Under the pieces are notes generated by a model that was not told where the DNA came from, searched no databases, and saw only the letters and a program-made list of their open reading frames with translations. From Alphaproteobacteria bacterium (GTDB lineage: Bacteria > Pseudomonadota > Alphaproteobacteria > SP197): a DNA stretch of 64,000 nt. Shown here in pieces: positions 30,682 to 40,746 of this stretch. The position numbers and the translations under genes were made by a program. The DNA is taken from the NCBI GenBank assembly GCA_964291415.2, contig OZ219918.1, positions 416,001 through 480,000 of the forward strand, given 5' to 3'. Each line of letters begins with the position of its first letter. The first letter of the stretch is position 1.

Positions 30682-32622
30682 CTACCTGTTCTGCCGGTTC
30701 TCGATGAGATCGTCCACGACACCGGGCTCGGCAAGGGTCGATGTGTCCCCCAGGTTGCCGAAATCGTTTTCGGCGATCTTGCGGAGAATGCGCCGCATGA
30801 TCTTGCCTGAACGGGTCTTGGGCAGCCCCGGAGCCCACTGCAGCCAGTCGGGACTGGCGATGGGCCCGATCCCCTTGCGCACCCACAGAACGAGTTCCCG
30901 CGCGAGGTCGTCGTCGGGCTCCTCGCCGGCATTGAGCGTCACATAGGCATAGATGCCCTGTCCCTTGATGTCGTGCGGGGCGCCGACCACGGCGGCCTCG
31001 GCAACCCTGGGATGGGCGACCAGTGCGCTCTCGATCTCGGCGGTCCCCATGCGGTGACCGGAGACATTGAGGACATCATCCACCCGGCCGGTGATCCAGT
31101 AGTAGCCATCCTCGTCCCTCCTGGCGCCGTCACCGGTGAAGTACTTGCCGGGATAGGTGGCGAAATAGGTCTGGATGAAGCGCTCGTGATCGCCGTAGAC
31201 CGTTCGCATCTGGCCCGGCCAGGAATCAAGGATGCAGAGATTTCCAGTGGCCGCTCCCTCCTGGAGTCGACCGTCATTGTCGACAATGGCCGGTTTGACA
31301 CCGAAGAACGGCCTGGTTGCCGAGCCCGGCTTGAGATCCGTGGCGCCGGGCAGTGGCGTGATCAGGATACCCCCGGTTTCCGTCTGCCACCAGGTATCGA
31401 CGACCGGACAGCGGCTGTCGCCGACGACACGCCAGTACCAGTCCCAGGCCTCCGGATTGATGGGTTCGCCGACCGAGCCGAGCAGGCGCAGACTGGCACG
31501 CGATGTGGATGCGACCGGTTCGTCACCCTCCCTCATGAGGGCGCGGATGGCCGTTGGCGCCGTGTAGTAGATGTTGACCGAGTGCTTGTCGACAACCTGC
31601 CAGTGTCGGCTGGCGTCGGGCCAGTTCGGTACGCCTTCGAACATCAGCGTGGTGGCGCCGTTGGCCAGCGGCCCGTAGACGATGTAGCTGTGGCCGGTGA
31701 CCCAGCCGACATCGGCCGTGCACCAGTAGATGTCACCATCATGATAGTCGAAGACATAACTGTGGGTCATGGAGGCATAGACGAGATAGCCGCCGGAGGT
31801 GTGCAGCACTCCCTTGGGTTTGCCGGTCGAACCCGAGGTGTAGAGGATGAAGAGCGGATCCTCCGCGTTCATCGTCGCCGCCGGGCAGTCGGCGCCGGCA
31901 GACACCCGCACATCATGCCACCAGTGGTCGCGACCCTCCTTCAAGACCACATCGGCGCCGGTGCGGCGGACCACCAGGACCGCGCTGACATCCGGACAGT
32001 CCTCGAGCGCCTGATCGGCGTTGTTCTTGAGTGGAACCTTCCTGCCGCCACGCAGTCCCTCGTCGGCCGTGATGAGAAAGCGCGAGTCGCAGTCGTGGAT
32101 GCGGCTGGCAAGGGCGTCCGGCGAGAACCCTCCGAACACGACGGAATGAACGGCGCCGATCCGGGCGCAGGCGAGCATGGCCGAAGCCGCCTCGGGGATC
32201 ATCGGCATGTAGATGGTGACCCGATCGCCGCGGCTCACGCCCATCCCGAGGAGGGCGTTGGCCATCCGGCAGACGTCTTCGTGAAGTTCCCGGTAGGTCA
32301 GTGTGCGCGAGTCCTCCCCGGGGTCGTCCGGCTCCCAGATGATGGCTGCCTGATCGCCGCGCGCCGCGAGGTGCCGGTCGAGGCAGTTGGCCGCGACATT
32401 GAGTTCGCCGTCCTCGAACCACCTGATGTCCACACCATCGTCGTAGGTCGTGTTCTTGACCTTCGAATAGGGCGTGATCCAGTCGATCCGCAGGCCGTGC
32501 CGTGCCCAGAAGCCCTCCGGGTCGCGAATCGATTCCTCGTACATGGCAAGGTAGGCATCATTGTCGACATGGGCCCGCGAAGCCCATCCTGATGGAACGC
32601 CATGGACAACTTCGTCGGTCAT
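30682..32622 (-). CDS. acs: Acetyl-CoA synthetase
   Basis: [11 protein letters not shown]; [12 protein letters not shown]; DTWWQTETG; [12 protein letters not shown]. Confidence 0.97.
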   Translation of the reverse strand: MTDEVVHGVPSGWASRAHVDNDAYLAMYEESIRDPEGFWARHGLRIDWITPYSKVKNTTYDDGVDIRWFEDGELNVAANCLDRHLAARGDQAAIIWEPDDPGEDSRTLTYRELHEDVCRMANALLGMGVSRGDRVTIYMPMIPEAASAMLACARIGAVHSVVFGGFSPDALASRIHDCDSRFLITADEGLRGGRKVPLKNNADQALEDCPDVSAVLVVRRTGADVVLKEGRDHWWHDVRVSAGADCPAATMNAEDPLFILYTSGSTGKPKGVLHTSGGYLVYASMTHSYVFDYHDGDIYWCTADVGWVTGHSYIVYGPLANGATTLMFEGVPNWPDASRHWQVVDKHSVNIYYTAPTAIRALMREGDEPVASTSRASLRLLGSVGEPINPEAWDWYWRVVGDSRCPVVDTWWQTETGGILITPLPGATDLKPGSATRPFFGVKPAIVDNDGRLQEGAATGNLCILDSWPGQMRTVYGDHERFIQTYFATYPGKYFTGDGARRDEDGYYWITGRVDDVLNVSGHRMGTAEIESALVAHPRVAEAAVVGAPHDIKGQGIYAYVTLNAGEEPDDDLARELVLWVRKGIGPIASPDWLQWAPGLPKTRSGKIMRRILRKIAENDFGNLGDTSTLAEPGVVDDLIENRQNR

Positions 32623-32753
32623 GGGAACCTCGTCTCTGATCGCCAGGAAGTGTGGCCCGACACGCCTCCCGGAATCAAGAATCCACCACCTGGTGCCATT
32701 GTCCCCTGACGGCACGGCGGGATAGTCTTGGCAGACGCGTGGCGGGGGGGATC

Positions 32754-33500
32754 ATGCAGCTCAGTCTTTCCACATGGCAGGAAGTGGAACACTACCTGGA
32801 GTCGCATTCCGGCATCATCATGCCGGTGGGCTCCACCGAACAGCACGGCCCGGGCGGTCTGATCGGAACCGATGCCATCTGTCCGGAGATTGTCGCCCGT
32901 CGTCTCGGCGAGGAGACCGGTGTTCTTGTGGCGCCCACCCTTGGCATCGGGGTGGCGCAGCATCATCTCGGTTTTTCCGGGTCGATGTGTCTGCGTCCCT
33001 CGACGCTCATGAGCGTCGTCCGGGACTGTGTCGTCTCCCTCGCCCGTCACGGATTCGACCGGTTCTTCTTTCTCAACGGGCACGGCGGGAACATTGCCAC
33101 CATCCATGCGGCGATCGCCGAAATCCACTCCGAGGTCTCGATGCGCACCAGGCCCGTGGAACGCCCCCTGCGCTGCACGCTGTCGAACTGGTGGGATTCG
33201 GCGGGCGTACGGTCGATTTCGAAGGAACTCTACGGGGCCGACGAGGGCGAACATGCGACGTGCAGCGAGGTCTCGGTCACCTGGTTTGCCTTTCCCGACC
33301 ACATCAAGAAGGTCAACCTTGCCGGAAGGGCGCCTGCCTGGTCGGGGTTCCACGATTCGGACGACTACCGCAGGCGCTATCCCGACGGGCGGATCGGCAG
33401 CCTGCCGTCACTCTCCACGCCCGATGCGGGACGTCGCCTGGTGGACGCGTCGGTGAAGGATCTTGCCGGCAAGCTCAACCGTTTTCTCGATGAACCCTGA
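32754..33500 (+). CDS. Creatininase family amidohydrolase
   Basis: PVGSTEQHGP; GTD; NGHGGN; HATCSE. Confidence 0.88.
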   Translation: MQLSLSTWQEVEHYLESHSGIIMPVGSTEQHGPGGLIGTDAICPEIVARRLGEETGVLVAPTLGIGVAQHHLGFSGSMCLRPSTLMSVVRDCVVSLARHGFDRFFFLNGHGGNIATIHAAIAEIHSEVSMRTRPVERPLRCTLSNWWDSAGVRSISKELYGADEGEHATCSEVSVTWFAFPDHIKKVNLAGRAPAWSGFHDSDDYRRRYPDGRIGSLPSLSTPDAGRRLVDASVKDLAGKLNRFLDEP

Positions 33501-33533
33501 CTGGAAGTGGTGACGTATCCCATGGGCAATGTC

Positions 33534-35075
33534 ATGAATGGGGCCGAGAGCCTCGTGCGCACGCTCGTCAAAGGCGGGGTGGACACCTGTTTCACCAACC
33601 CCGGCACCTCGGAAATGCACTTTTGCGCCGCCCTCGACAAGGTCGATGGCATGCGGTGCATCCTGGGCCTCTTCGAGGGCGTGGTGACCGGCGCCGCCGA
33701 CGGCTACGGACGCATGAAGGACGACCCGGCGGCAACGCTTCTTCATACGGGTCCCGGACTGGGGAACGGTCTCGCCAACCTGCACAATGCCAGAAAGGCG
33801 CGCACACCCATCGTCAACATCGTCGGCGAGCACGCGACCTATCACATTGCCCATGACGCACCGCTGACCGCCGATATCGAGGGCATTGCCTGGCCGGTTT
33901 CGGACTGGGTGAGGACCAGCGCGGACGCGGTGTCGGTCGCCGCCGACGGGGCGGCGGCGATTGCCGCGGCGCGCACTTCGCCGGGGCAGATCGCCACCCT
34001 CGTTCTTCCGGCGGACACGGCGTGGAACGATGCGGAGGGTCCTTCCCCGGTTCCGCATGTCCCGGCGCCGCAACGCGTGGACGAAGCCCGGGTCAAGGCA
34101 TGCCGGGACGCGCTCACGTCCGGCGAGCCGGCGCTGATCCTGCTTGGCGGCCGGGCATTGCGCGCCGATGCAACCGAGTTGGCCGGGCGTATCGCCGAGT
34201 GCACGGGCGCTCTCCTCATGACCGAGTTCGCCGGCGCCCGCACGGAGCGCGGCGCCGGCCGGGTCAACCCGGAACGCATGCCCTATGTGGTTGATGTCGC
34301 GCTCGCCGCCACTGCCGGATTACGCCATGTCATTCTCGTCGGAGCGAAAATGCCGGTGGCTTTCTTTGCCTATCCCGGCAAGCCGAGCCTGCTCGTTCCC
34401 GAGACAGCCCGCCCGGTTGAGCTTGCGGGCGTAGCGGACGATGTCGTGGATGGTCTGGAGCGCCTTGCAGACGACCTCGGCGCCATGGGGTGCGAGCCCC
34501 GCCGCGAGCCGGCAAAGAGGCCAGACCCTGGCTCCGGGGATCTCGATATCCACAAGATCGCCGCGGCGATCGGCCACCTGATGCCTGAAGGGTGCATCGT
34601 CTCCGACGAGGCGATCACATCGGGACGCATGCTCCACCCCTACACCGCGGGATGTCCGCACCATGACTGGCTGTTCGGGACCGGAGGATCCATCGGCCGC
34701 GCCTTGCCCGAGGCGACGGGTGCGGCGGTTGCCTGTCCCGACCGCAAGGTGCTCTGTCTTACCGGTGACGGCAGTGCGCTCTACACGGTCCAGGCTCTGT
34801 GGACCCAGGCACGTGAACAGCTCGACGTCGTCACGGTGATCTATGCCAACCGGACCTACGCCATTCTCCACACCGAACTTCTGAATGTCGGCGCCACTCC
34901 GGGACCGAAGGCCCACGACATGTTCGATCTCGACCGGCCCGAGATCAACTGGGTCGAGATGTCGCATTCCATGGGTGTCGAGGCCCGGCGGGCGGACACC
35001 GCCGAGGAATTCAACGAGGCTCTCGCCGCCGGATTTGCGACATCCGGACCGTTCCTGATCGAAGCCAGGATCTGA
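33534..35075 (+). CDS. ThDP-dependent enzyme, acetolactate synthase large-subunit-like
   Basis: MNGAESLVRTL; FTNPGTSEMH; GDGSALYTVQALWT...N ThDP motif. Confidence 0.88.
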   Translation: MNGAESLVRTLVKGGVDTCFTNPGTSEMHFCAALDKVDGMRCILGLFEGVVTGAADGYGRMKDDPAATLLHTGPGLGNGLANLHNARKARTPIVNIVGEHATYHIAHDAPLTADIEGIAWPVSDWVRTSADAVSVAADGAAAIAAARTSPGQIATLVLPADTAWNDAEGPSPVPHVPAPQRVDEARVKACRDALTSGEPALILLGGRALRADATELAGRIAECTGALLMTEFAGARTERGAGRVNPERMPYVVDVALAATAGLRHVILVGAKMPVAFFAYPGKPSLLVPETARPVELAGVADDVVDGLERLADDLGAMGCEPRREPAKRPDPGSGDLDIHKIAAAIGHLMPEGCIVSDEAITSGRMLHPYTAGCPHHDWLFGTGGSIGRALPEATGAAVACPDRKVLCLTGDGSALYTVQALWTQAREQLDVVTVIYANRTYAILHTELLNVGATPGPKAHDMFDLDRPEINWVEMSHSMGVEARRADTAEEFNEALAAGFATSGPFLIEARI

Positions 35076-35374
35076 ACGGAGCCGTCACGGTCGTGGTGGC
35101 ATCGCAGGTCGTCTTCCAGTCGGAGAACGCCATGTGCTGCAACCTGAGTCGGCGAGAACCGGACGTTGCCGCCGTGCTTTGACAATCCGTCGTCGGCGAT
35201 GCTGATCGCAGCAATCGCGGCGCCCGGAGATGCACGGTCGACGTGCGATGGCGCCACCTGACAGCCGCAGACTGCATTTGCACGGCCGTGGTAGGATTGC
35301 GGCCAAACGGGCTCCAGATGGTCGCAATCGCACCGGCATCGTTCACTTCCTGATTCCTTGAGAGACGAGAGAAC

Positions 35375-36292
35375 GTGGAACCCTTGAAGATCGCCACGCG
35401 GGGAAGCCAGTTGGCACGGTTGCAGGCCAACATCGTCCGCGAGGCGCTGATGGCGCGTCATCCCGACCTCGCAACGCCGGAACTGGTCGTCGTGCGCACC
35501 ACCGGCGACAGGGTCCGGGACCGCCCTCTCGCCGAGGTGGGGGGCAAGGGCGTCTTCACCGCGGAAATCGATCGGGTGGTGGCCCGGGGCGAGGCCGATC
35601 TTGCCGTTCATTCCATGAAGGACGTGGAAACCACCGTTGCAGCGCAGGTGGTGCTGGGCGCCATCATGCCGCGCGCCGATCCCCGCGATGCCCTGGTCTC
35701 GACCGTTGCCGCCTCGATCGGCGATCTTCCCGAAGGTGCCCGGGTCGGCACGTCGTCGATACGCCGCCGTGCGCAACTTCTCGGCCGGCGGCCCGATCTC
35801 GAGATCGTGACCTGGCGAGGCAACGTTGATACGCGCCTTGCCCGGTTGAAGGAGGGAAAGGCCGCAGCGACGCTGCTGGCGGCAGCCGGCCTGGAGCGAC
35901 TGGGCCTTCTGCACGAGGCGACGGCACTCCTAGACCCGGACGAGATGCTCCCTGCCGCCGGTCAGGGCGCCATCGGTGTGACATGCCGCGCCGGGGAGTC
36001 CGAAATCCTGGCCCTGCTGGAGACCATCGATGATGCGTCCACCAGACATTGTGTCGGGGCGGAACGTGCCGTCATCGCGGTCCTCGACGGATCGTGCCGG
36101 ACACCCGTCGCCGCCCTCGCCACACTGGACGGCGGCAACGTGCGGGTCCGTGCCCAGGTGCTGTCGGATGACGGCAGCCGGTGGACGATGAGTGAAGACA
36201 GGGGCGCGGTGGCCGAGACCGTGGGCAGGGCGGTCGGCGAGAGGCTGTTGAGTCGTGCAGGCAGGGATCTCTACGGGAGCCGGATTCCGTGA
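35375..36292 (+). CDS. hemC: Hydroxymethylbilane synthase (porphobilinogen deaminase)
   Basis: IATRGSQLA; GGKGVFT; AVHSMKD; GTSSIRR; RGNVDTRL; LDGSCRTP. Confidence 0.96.
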   Translation: MEPLKIATRGSQLARLQANIVREALMARHPDLATPELVVVRTTGDRVRDRPLAEVGGKGVFTAEIDRVVARGEADLAVHSMKDVETTVAAQVVLGAIMPRADPRDALVSTVAASIGDLPEGARVGTSSIRRRAQLLGRRPDLEIVTWRGNVDTRLARLKEGKAAATLLAAAGLERLGLLHEATALLDPDEMLPAAGQGAIGVTCRAGESEILALLETIDDASTRHCVGAERAVIAVLDGSCRTPVAALATLDGGNVRVRAQVLSDDGSRWTMSEDRGAVAETVGRAVGERLLSRAGRDLYGSRIP

Positions 36293-37008
36293 CGGTTCTC
36301 GTCACGCGGCCGAAGAGGGACTCCCTTGCCTTTGCGGCCATTCTCCGGAGTCGCGGAATCGAGTCCCTCATTGCTCCGCTGCTGGAGATCGTCGACATCA
36401 CCATCACGCTCGGCGACCTCGACGATGTCCAGGGATGTGTGGTGACGAGCGCCAACGGCGCCGATGCCCTCGCACGGGCCACGGCGAACCGTTCTCTTCC
36501 GGTCCTTGCTGTCGGCACGGCCTCGGCAGCCCGGGCCAGGGAGCACGGCTTCGCTGGTGTCCATGCCGCCGGAGGCGATCTGGAGAGCCTGGCAGTCCTC
36601 ATCCGCCAGAACCTCGAGCCTGCGTCCGGGCGGCTTGTCCATGTGTCGGGCTCGAGAATCGCCGGCGACCTTGCGGGTCTCCTGGCGAGGGACGGATTCG
36701 TCGTCGAACGCGTAGTCGGCTATCATGCGGACGCTGCCAGCGGCCTTCCGCAGGCGGCCCTGGCTGCGCTTCGCGGAGGCGATCTTTTGGGTGTGGCGCA
36801 CTTTTCGCCGCGAACGGCTGCCATCTTCATGAAGCTCGTTCGCGAGGCGGGCGCCGATGCGTTCTTGCAGTCGCTCGTCGGATTCTGTCTGAGCGATGCT
36901 GTCGCCCGGAACCTCGAGGGATCGGGCTGGAAAGATCTGGTCGTGGCTCCTCGCAGTGATGCAGAGAGTCTTGCGGAGTGCATCGTCCTTGCCGGAGAAC
37001 ATTCATGA
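36289..37008 (+). CDS. hemD: Uroporphyrinogen-III synthase
   Basis: VLVTRP; TSANG; AVGTASA; HFSPRTA. Confidence 0.92.
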   Translation: MTVLVTRPKRDSLAFAAILRSRGIESLIAPLLEIVDITITLGDLDDVQGCVVTSANGADALARATANRSLPVLAVGTASAARAREHGFAGVHAAGGDLESLAVLIRQNLEPASGRLVHVSGSRIAGDLAGLLARDGFVVERVVGYHADAASGLPQAALAALRGGDLLGVAHFSPRTAAIFMKLVREAGADAFLQSLVGFCLSDAVARNLEGSGWKDLVVAPRSDAESLAECIVLAGEHS

Positions 37009-38069
37009 CGTCTGACGACAGCAGCGAGCCGGCGAACGACAGCACCAGCCACGCTCCCTGGGCCCGGAGACCGGTGCTGGCTGCAAAGCGGTACGCCGGA
37101 TGGTTGGCGTCGGGGATTCTCGTTCTGGTGGTGGCGGCCCTTGTGGCCGGGCTGGCCTGGCTATGGTCCGAGATGCGCGACACCACGGCGCGCCTTGCCG
37201 ATCTCGAGGAACGTGTGATTCACCTCGCTGTGGAAGACGGCGAGACGGATGTTGACCCGGCCGTGACGCATCTCACGCAACGTCTTGATGCGGCGGAAGC
37301 CGCTTTCGCCGCTGAAGGCGAGCTCCGCGCCGGACTGGAAGCGCGACTTGCCGAACTTGTCCAGCGTATCGAGCAGTTCGAAGAAGACCTGAAGGATGCA
37401 CCGCCCCCGATTGCTCCTGGCAGTGACATCAAACGCTCCGGTGTCGCGGACCGGGAACGAGCCCGCCTGATCGACATGCTTCGTCGGGAGGTGGCGACCC
37501 TTCGCGAGATGCTGGACACCCTCGCCGCCCGCTCCGGTGGTCACGGCGCAGCCTTCGTCGTCGCCGTTGGCCAGTTGCGGGAGGCCGTCGACAGCGGCCG
37601 GCCGTTTGTCGCGGAACACGAGGCCGTCGCCGTCCTCGAAGCGAATGATCCAGGGATCAAGGCAGACCTTGACATCCTGGCCCGTCATGCCGGCGCCGGC
37701 ATTCCCACCCATCGCGCACTCGAGGAGTCACTGGGGCACGTGGTCGCGTCCGCGAGCAGCGCGCTGAAGGTGGCGGCGGCAGGCGGATGGGTCGACGAGA
37801 CCCTGGCCCATATCGAAAGTCTCGTCACCGTTAGGCGGATCGACGGTGAGGAGCTTTCCGGTACCGGCAGTCCGGCGACGATTCGCAGGATCGAGGCGGC
37901 GGTGGCCACGGGAAACCTTGAAGAGGCGTTGCGGGAGATCGACTCCCTTCCGCTTGAGTCTGCCGGAACCATGGCCCAATGGGCCGGGCAGGCGAGGGCC
38001 CGCGTCGAGGCCGATGGCGCTCTCGATCGTCTCCATGCGCGGGCGATTTCCAGCGTCACGCAACCATGA
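37005..38069 (+). CDS. COG4223 / mitofilin-domain protein (alphaproteobacterial Mic60 homolog)
   Basis: Single transmembrane segment, coiled coil, LREAVDSGRPF..E and SLVTVRR motifs; between hemD and hemY. Confidence 0.8.
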   Translation: MTSDDSSEPANDSTSHAPWARRPVLAAKRYAGWLASGILVLVVAALVAGLAWLWSEMRDTTARLADLEERVIHLAVEDGETDVDPAVTHLTQRLDAAEAAFAAEGELRAGLEARLAELVQRIEQFEEDLKDAPPPIAPGSDIKRSGVADRERARLIDMLRREVATLREMLDTLAARSGGHGAAFVVAVGQLREAVDSGRPFVAEHEAVAVLEANDPGIKADLDILARHAGAGIPTHRALEESLGHVVASASSALKVAAAGGWVDETLAHIESLVTVRRIDGEELSGTGSPATIRRIEAAVATGNLEEALREIDSLPLESAGTMAQWAGQARARVEADGALDRLHARAISSVTQP

Positions 38070-39412
38070 TCGCTCTCGTCTTCTACGTCATTGTCATGGC
38101 CGCGGTGATCGGCGGCATCGTGTGGATTGCCGATCGCGGGGGCAGCGTCACCTTCGTCTGGGATGTCTGGGAAGTGACGACCGACACGCCGATCCTGATT
38201 CTCGGGATCCTTCTCCTCGTTGTCGTGTCGGTGGTTGCGGTGCTCCTTTTCCAGTGGATCTGGCGCGGACCGCGTCGCATCCGGCTCGCCCTGGGCGATC
38301 GCCGCAAGGAGAAGGGTTGGCAGGCGTTGACGTCAGGACTCGTGGCGGTGGCGGCCGGCGACGCCCCGGGCGCCCGGGCCCATGCGAGGAGAGCCGACAG
38401 GCTGCTCGACCGGCCACCGCTCACCCTGCTTCTGACGGCCCAGGCCGCCCAGCTCGATGGGGACGACAAGGAGGCGGACCGGCGCTTTCGCGCCATGCTG
38501 GAGCGCCCGGAAACGGAGTTTCTGGGCCTTCGCGGCCTGATGGCGGCGGCCCTGAGGAAGGGCGATCGCGAGGCCGCGGCGGAGTATGCACGCAAGGCCC
38601 ATGCTCTCAGACCCGATGCCGCGTGGGCCGCCGAGGCCGTCTTCGAGTTGCAGACAAGGGCAGGGGACTGGACCGCCGCCCGCCAGACTCTGAAATCCGC
38701 CCGTGATCGCAAGGTCATCGAGGCCGTACCGGGACGTCGGCGCCATGCTGTCCTGCTGGTCGAGGAAGCGGTGCGGGCCCACGAGGAAGGGCGCCGCGAC
38801 GAGGCGCTCAAGTTCGCCCGCACGGCTCACGGCGAGGCACCGGACCTGGTGCCGGCGGGCTGCATCCTCGCCCGGCTTCTCATCGACTCCGGAAAGGGAA
38901 CCCAGGCCGTTCGAGTCGTCGAAAAGGCCTGGAAGATGGCTCCGCATCCGGATCTGGCCGATCTCTACATCGAGGCCTGCAGTGACGAAGGGGCCAGCCG
39001 CTATCGTCGCATGGAACGTCTGCTCGACCTCAACGAGGATGACCGGGAGGCTCATGTGGCTGCAGCGCGGGTGGCGATGGAATCGAAGCTGACAGGTGAG
39101 ATGCGACGCCATCTCAACGCCATTGGCACGACGGGTCTGGCACCCCGGGAGATCCGTCTGTGGGTCGACCTCGAAACCAGCGAGAACAACGCCGAGAAAG
39201 CCGCCGAGTGGCAGACCCGCATGATCGAGGCGAGCCCGGACAGGACCTGGCAATGTAGCGGCTGTGGCCATATCACGCGGACATGGCGTGCTGTCTGTGA
39301 CGCATGCGGACGTTTCGACGCCATGGTCTGGCGCAGTCCGGGCACTGTGGAGGAGGCCCACTCTCCGGTCCTGGCATCACGCGCACCGGCTGAACCCGTG
39401 ACGCTGTCATGA
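38066..39412 (+). CDS. hemY: HemY-family TPR membrane protein
   Basis: Two N-terminal transmembrane segments; LTLLLTAQAAQL; ETEFLGLRGL; AWKMAPHPDLA; C-terminal CxxC-CxxC. Confidence 0.85.
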   Translation: MIALVFYVIVMAAVIGGIVWIADRGGSVTFVWDVWEVTTDTPILILGILLLVVVSVVAVLLFQWIWRGPRRIRLALGDRRKEKGWQALTSGLVAVAAGDAPGARAHARRADRLLDRPPLTLLLTAQAAQLDGDDKEADRRFRAMLERPETEFLGLRGLMAAALRKGDREAAAEYARKAHALRPDAAWAAEAVFELQTRAGDWTAARQTLKSARDRKVIEAVPGRRRHAVLLVEEAVRAHEEGRRDEALKFARTAHGEAPDLVPAGCILARLLIDSGKGTQAVRVVEKAWKMAPHPDLADLYIEACSDEGASRYRRMERLLDLNEDDREAHVAAARVAMESKLTGEMRRHLNAIGTTGLAPREIRLWVDLETSENNAEKAAEWQTRMIEASPDRTWQCSGCGHITRTWRAVCDACGRFDAMVWRSPGTVEEAHSPVLASRAPAEPVTLS

Positions 39413-39475
39413 GTGTTGAGCCATTGACCATGGTGCCGGCTTGCGACTAGGTTCCCCGCCCGACCGGGTGGCCCA

Positions 39476-39550
39476 GCCGAAGTAGCTCAGTGGCAGAGCA
39501 ACTGATTCGTAATCAGTAGGTCGGGAGTTCGAATCTCCCCTTCGGCACCA
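39476..39550 (+). tRNA. tRNA-Thr (anticodon CGT)
   Basis: Acceptor stem GCCGAAG/CTTCGGC plus ACCA; anticodon arm ACTGA-TTCGTAA-TCAGT; GTTCGAATC T-loop. Confidence 0.97.
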
Positions 39551-39574
39551 TTTTGCAGGACCCCTTTTGGAGCC

Positions 39575-40708
39575 ATGGCCGCATTCGATGTCATCATCAT
39601 TGGCGCCGGGGTGGTGGGCGCGTCCCTTGCCTGGCGCCTTGCGCCATCATGCAGGGTGGTGGTTGTCGAGGCGGAGGACCAGCCGGGCTATCACAGTACC
39701 GGACGATCAGCGGCCCACTACACCGACGTGATCGGTGGCGGGGTCGTCCAGGCTCTCAGCGCCGCGACCAGACCCTTTATCGAGAACCCGCCACCAGGAT
39801 TCACCGACGTGTCCCTGATCAGGAGGCGTCCCGTTCTCCTTCTCTTCGGGACCGAAACCCGGGACGCGGCATTCACGCGTCACGGGCTGCGCCACGTGAT
39901 CGGACACCTGCTCTTCGAACTCGATCATGAGGAATGTCTCCGGCGGTGTCCGGTCCTCAAGCCGGAGAAGATCGAATCGGGGCTCTGGGAACCAGCCGCC
40001 GGTGACATCGATGTCCACGCCATCCATGGAGCCTATCTGAGAGCGGCGCGAGCGTCCGGCGCCACCATGCTCCTCAACGCACCGGTTTCCGGAATGGAAC
40101 GCCGCAGTGGTGTCTGGCACGTGTCGGTGCCCGGAAGGACTTTCGAGGCGCCCATCGTGGCCAATTGCGCCGGCGCCTGGGGCGATGTGGTGGGCCGCAT
40201 GGCCGGGGCGGCACCGGTCGGCCTCGTGCCCATGCGCCGCACCGCCTTCACGTTCCGGGGGCCGGACGGCATGGACCACGGCGCCTGGCCGCTGGTGGCC
40301 GATGACGGCGAGAGTTTCTACTTCAAGCCGGAGGCCGGGCTGATTCTCGGATCCCTGGCCGACGAACAGCCAAGCGAACCCTGTGATGCCGCGCCCGAGG
40401 AACTGGACCTCGCCCTTGCCGCGCACCGGATCATGGATTGGACCACTCTCGACATCCGGCGCATGGAGAGCCGGTGGGCCGGATTGCGAAGCTTCGTCCC
40501 GGACAGGCTGCCGGTGACGGGATTCGATCCTGCATGCGAGGGGTTTTTCTGGAATGTCGGCCAGGGAGGCGCCGGCATCCAGACGTCGACAGGTCTTTCC
40601 GCCTATGCCGCCTGCGTCATGCTCGGCAACAGCCTGCCGCCGGACCTCGTCGAAGCAGGCCTGGATTCCGGGACCCTTTCGCCCTCGAGACTGGGCGGCG
40701 CCCGCTGA
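39575..40708 (+). CDS. FAD-dependent oxidoreductase, DAO/DadA family
   Basis: IIGAGVVG; GYHSTGRSAA; NCAGAWGD; WAGLRSF; GQGGAGIQTS. Confidence 0.88.
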   Translation: MAAFDVIIIGAGVVGASLAWRLAPSCRVVVVEAEDQPGYHSTGRSAAHYTDVIGGGVVQALSAATRPFIENPPPGFTDVSLIRRRPVLLLFGTETRDAAFTRHGLRHVIGHLLFELDHEECLRRCPVLKPEKIESGLWEPAAGDIDVHAIHGAYLRAARASGATMLLNAPVSGMERRSGVWHVSVPGRTFEAPIVANCAGAWGDVVGRMAGAAPVGLVPMRRTAFTFRGPDGMDHGAWPLVADDGESFYFKPEAGLILGSLADEQPSEPCDAAPEELDLALAAHRIMDWTTLDIRRMESRWAGLRSFVPDRLPVTGFDPACEGFFWNVGQGGAGIQTSTGLSAYAACVMLGNSLPPDLVEAGLDSGTLSPSRLGGAR

Positions 40709-40734
40709 TCTCCCGGTGACAGCGGGCGCCGCCC
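40693..40734. terminator. GC-rich hairpin between convergent genes (possible bidirectional terminator)
   Basis: 15-bp perfect stem GGGCGGCGCCCGCTG / CAGCGGGCGCCGCCC with a 12-nt loop; no clear U-tract. Confidence 0.5.
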
Positions 40735-40746
40735 GTTGATGCGTGA

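Noticed and set aside
35076-35374. 300-bp spacer before hemC as an sRNA or small gene
   Set aside because: No recognisable RNA family, strong hairpin or plausible protein seen
39476-39600. tRNA-Thr as an integration site for the downstream accessory region
   Set aside because: No integrase nearby and no convincing duplicated tRNA 3' end in the window; the short CTTCGGCACC match near 11450 is inside a coding gene
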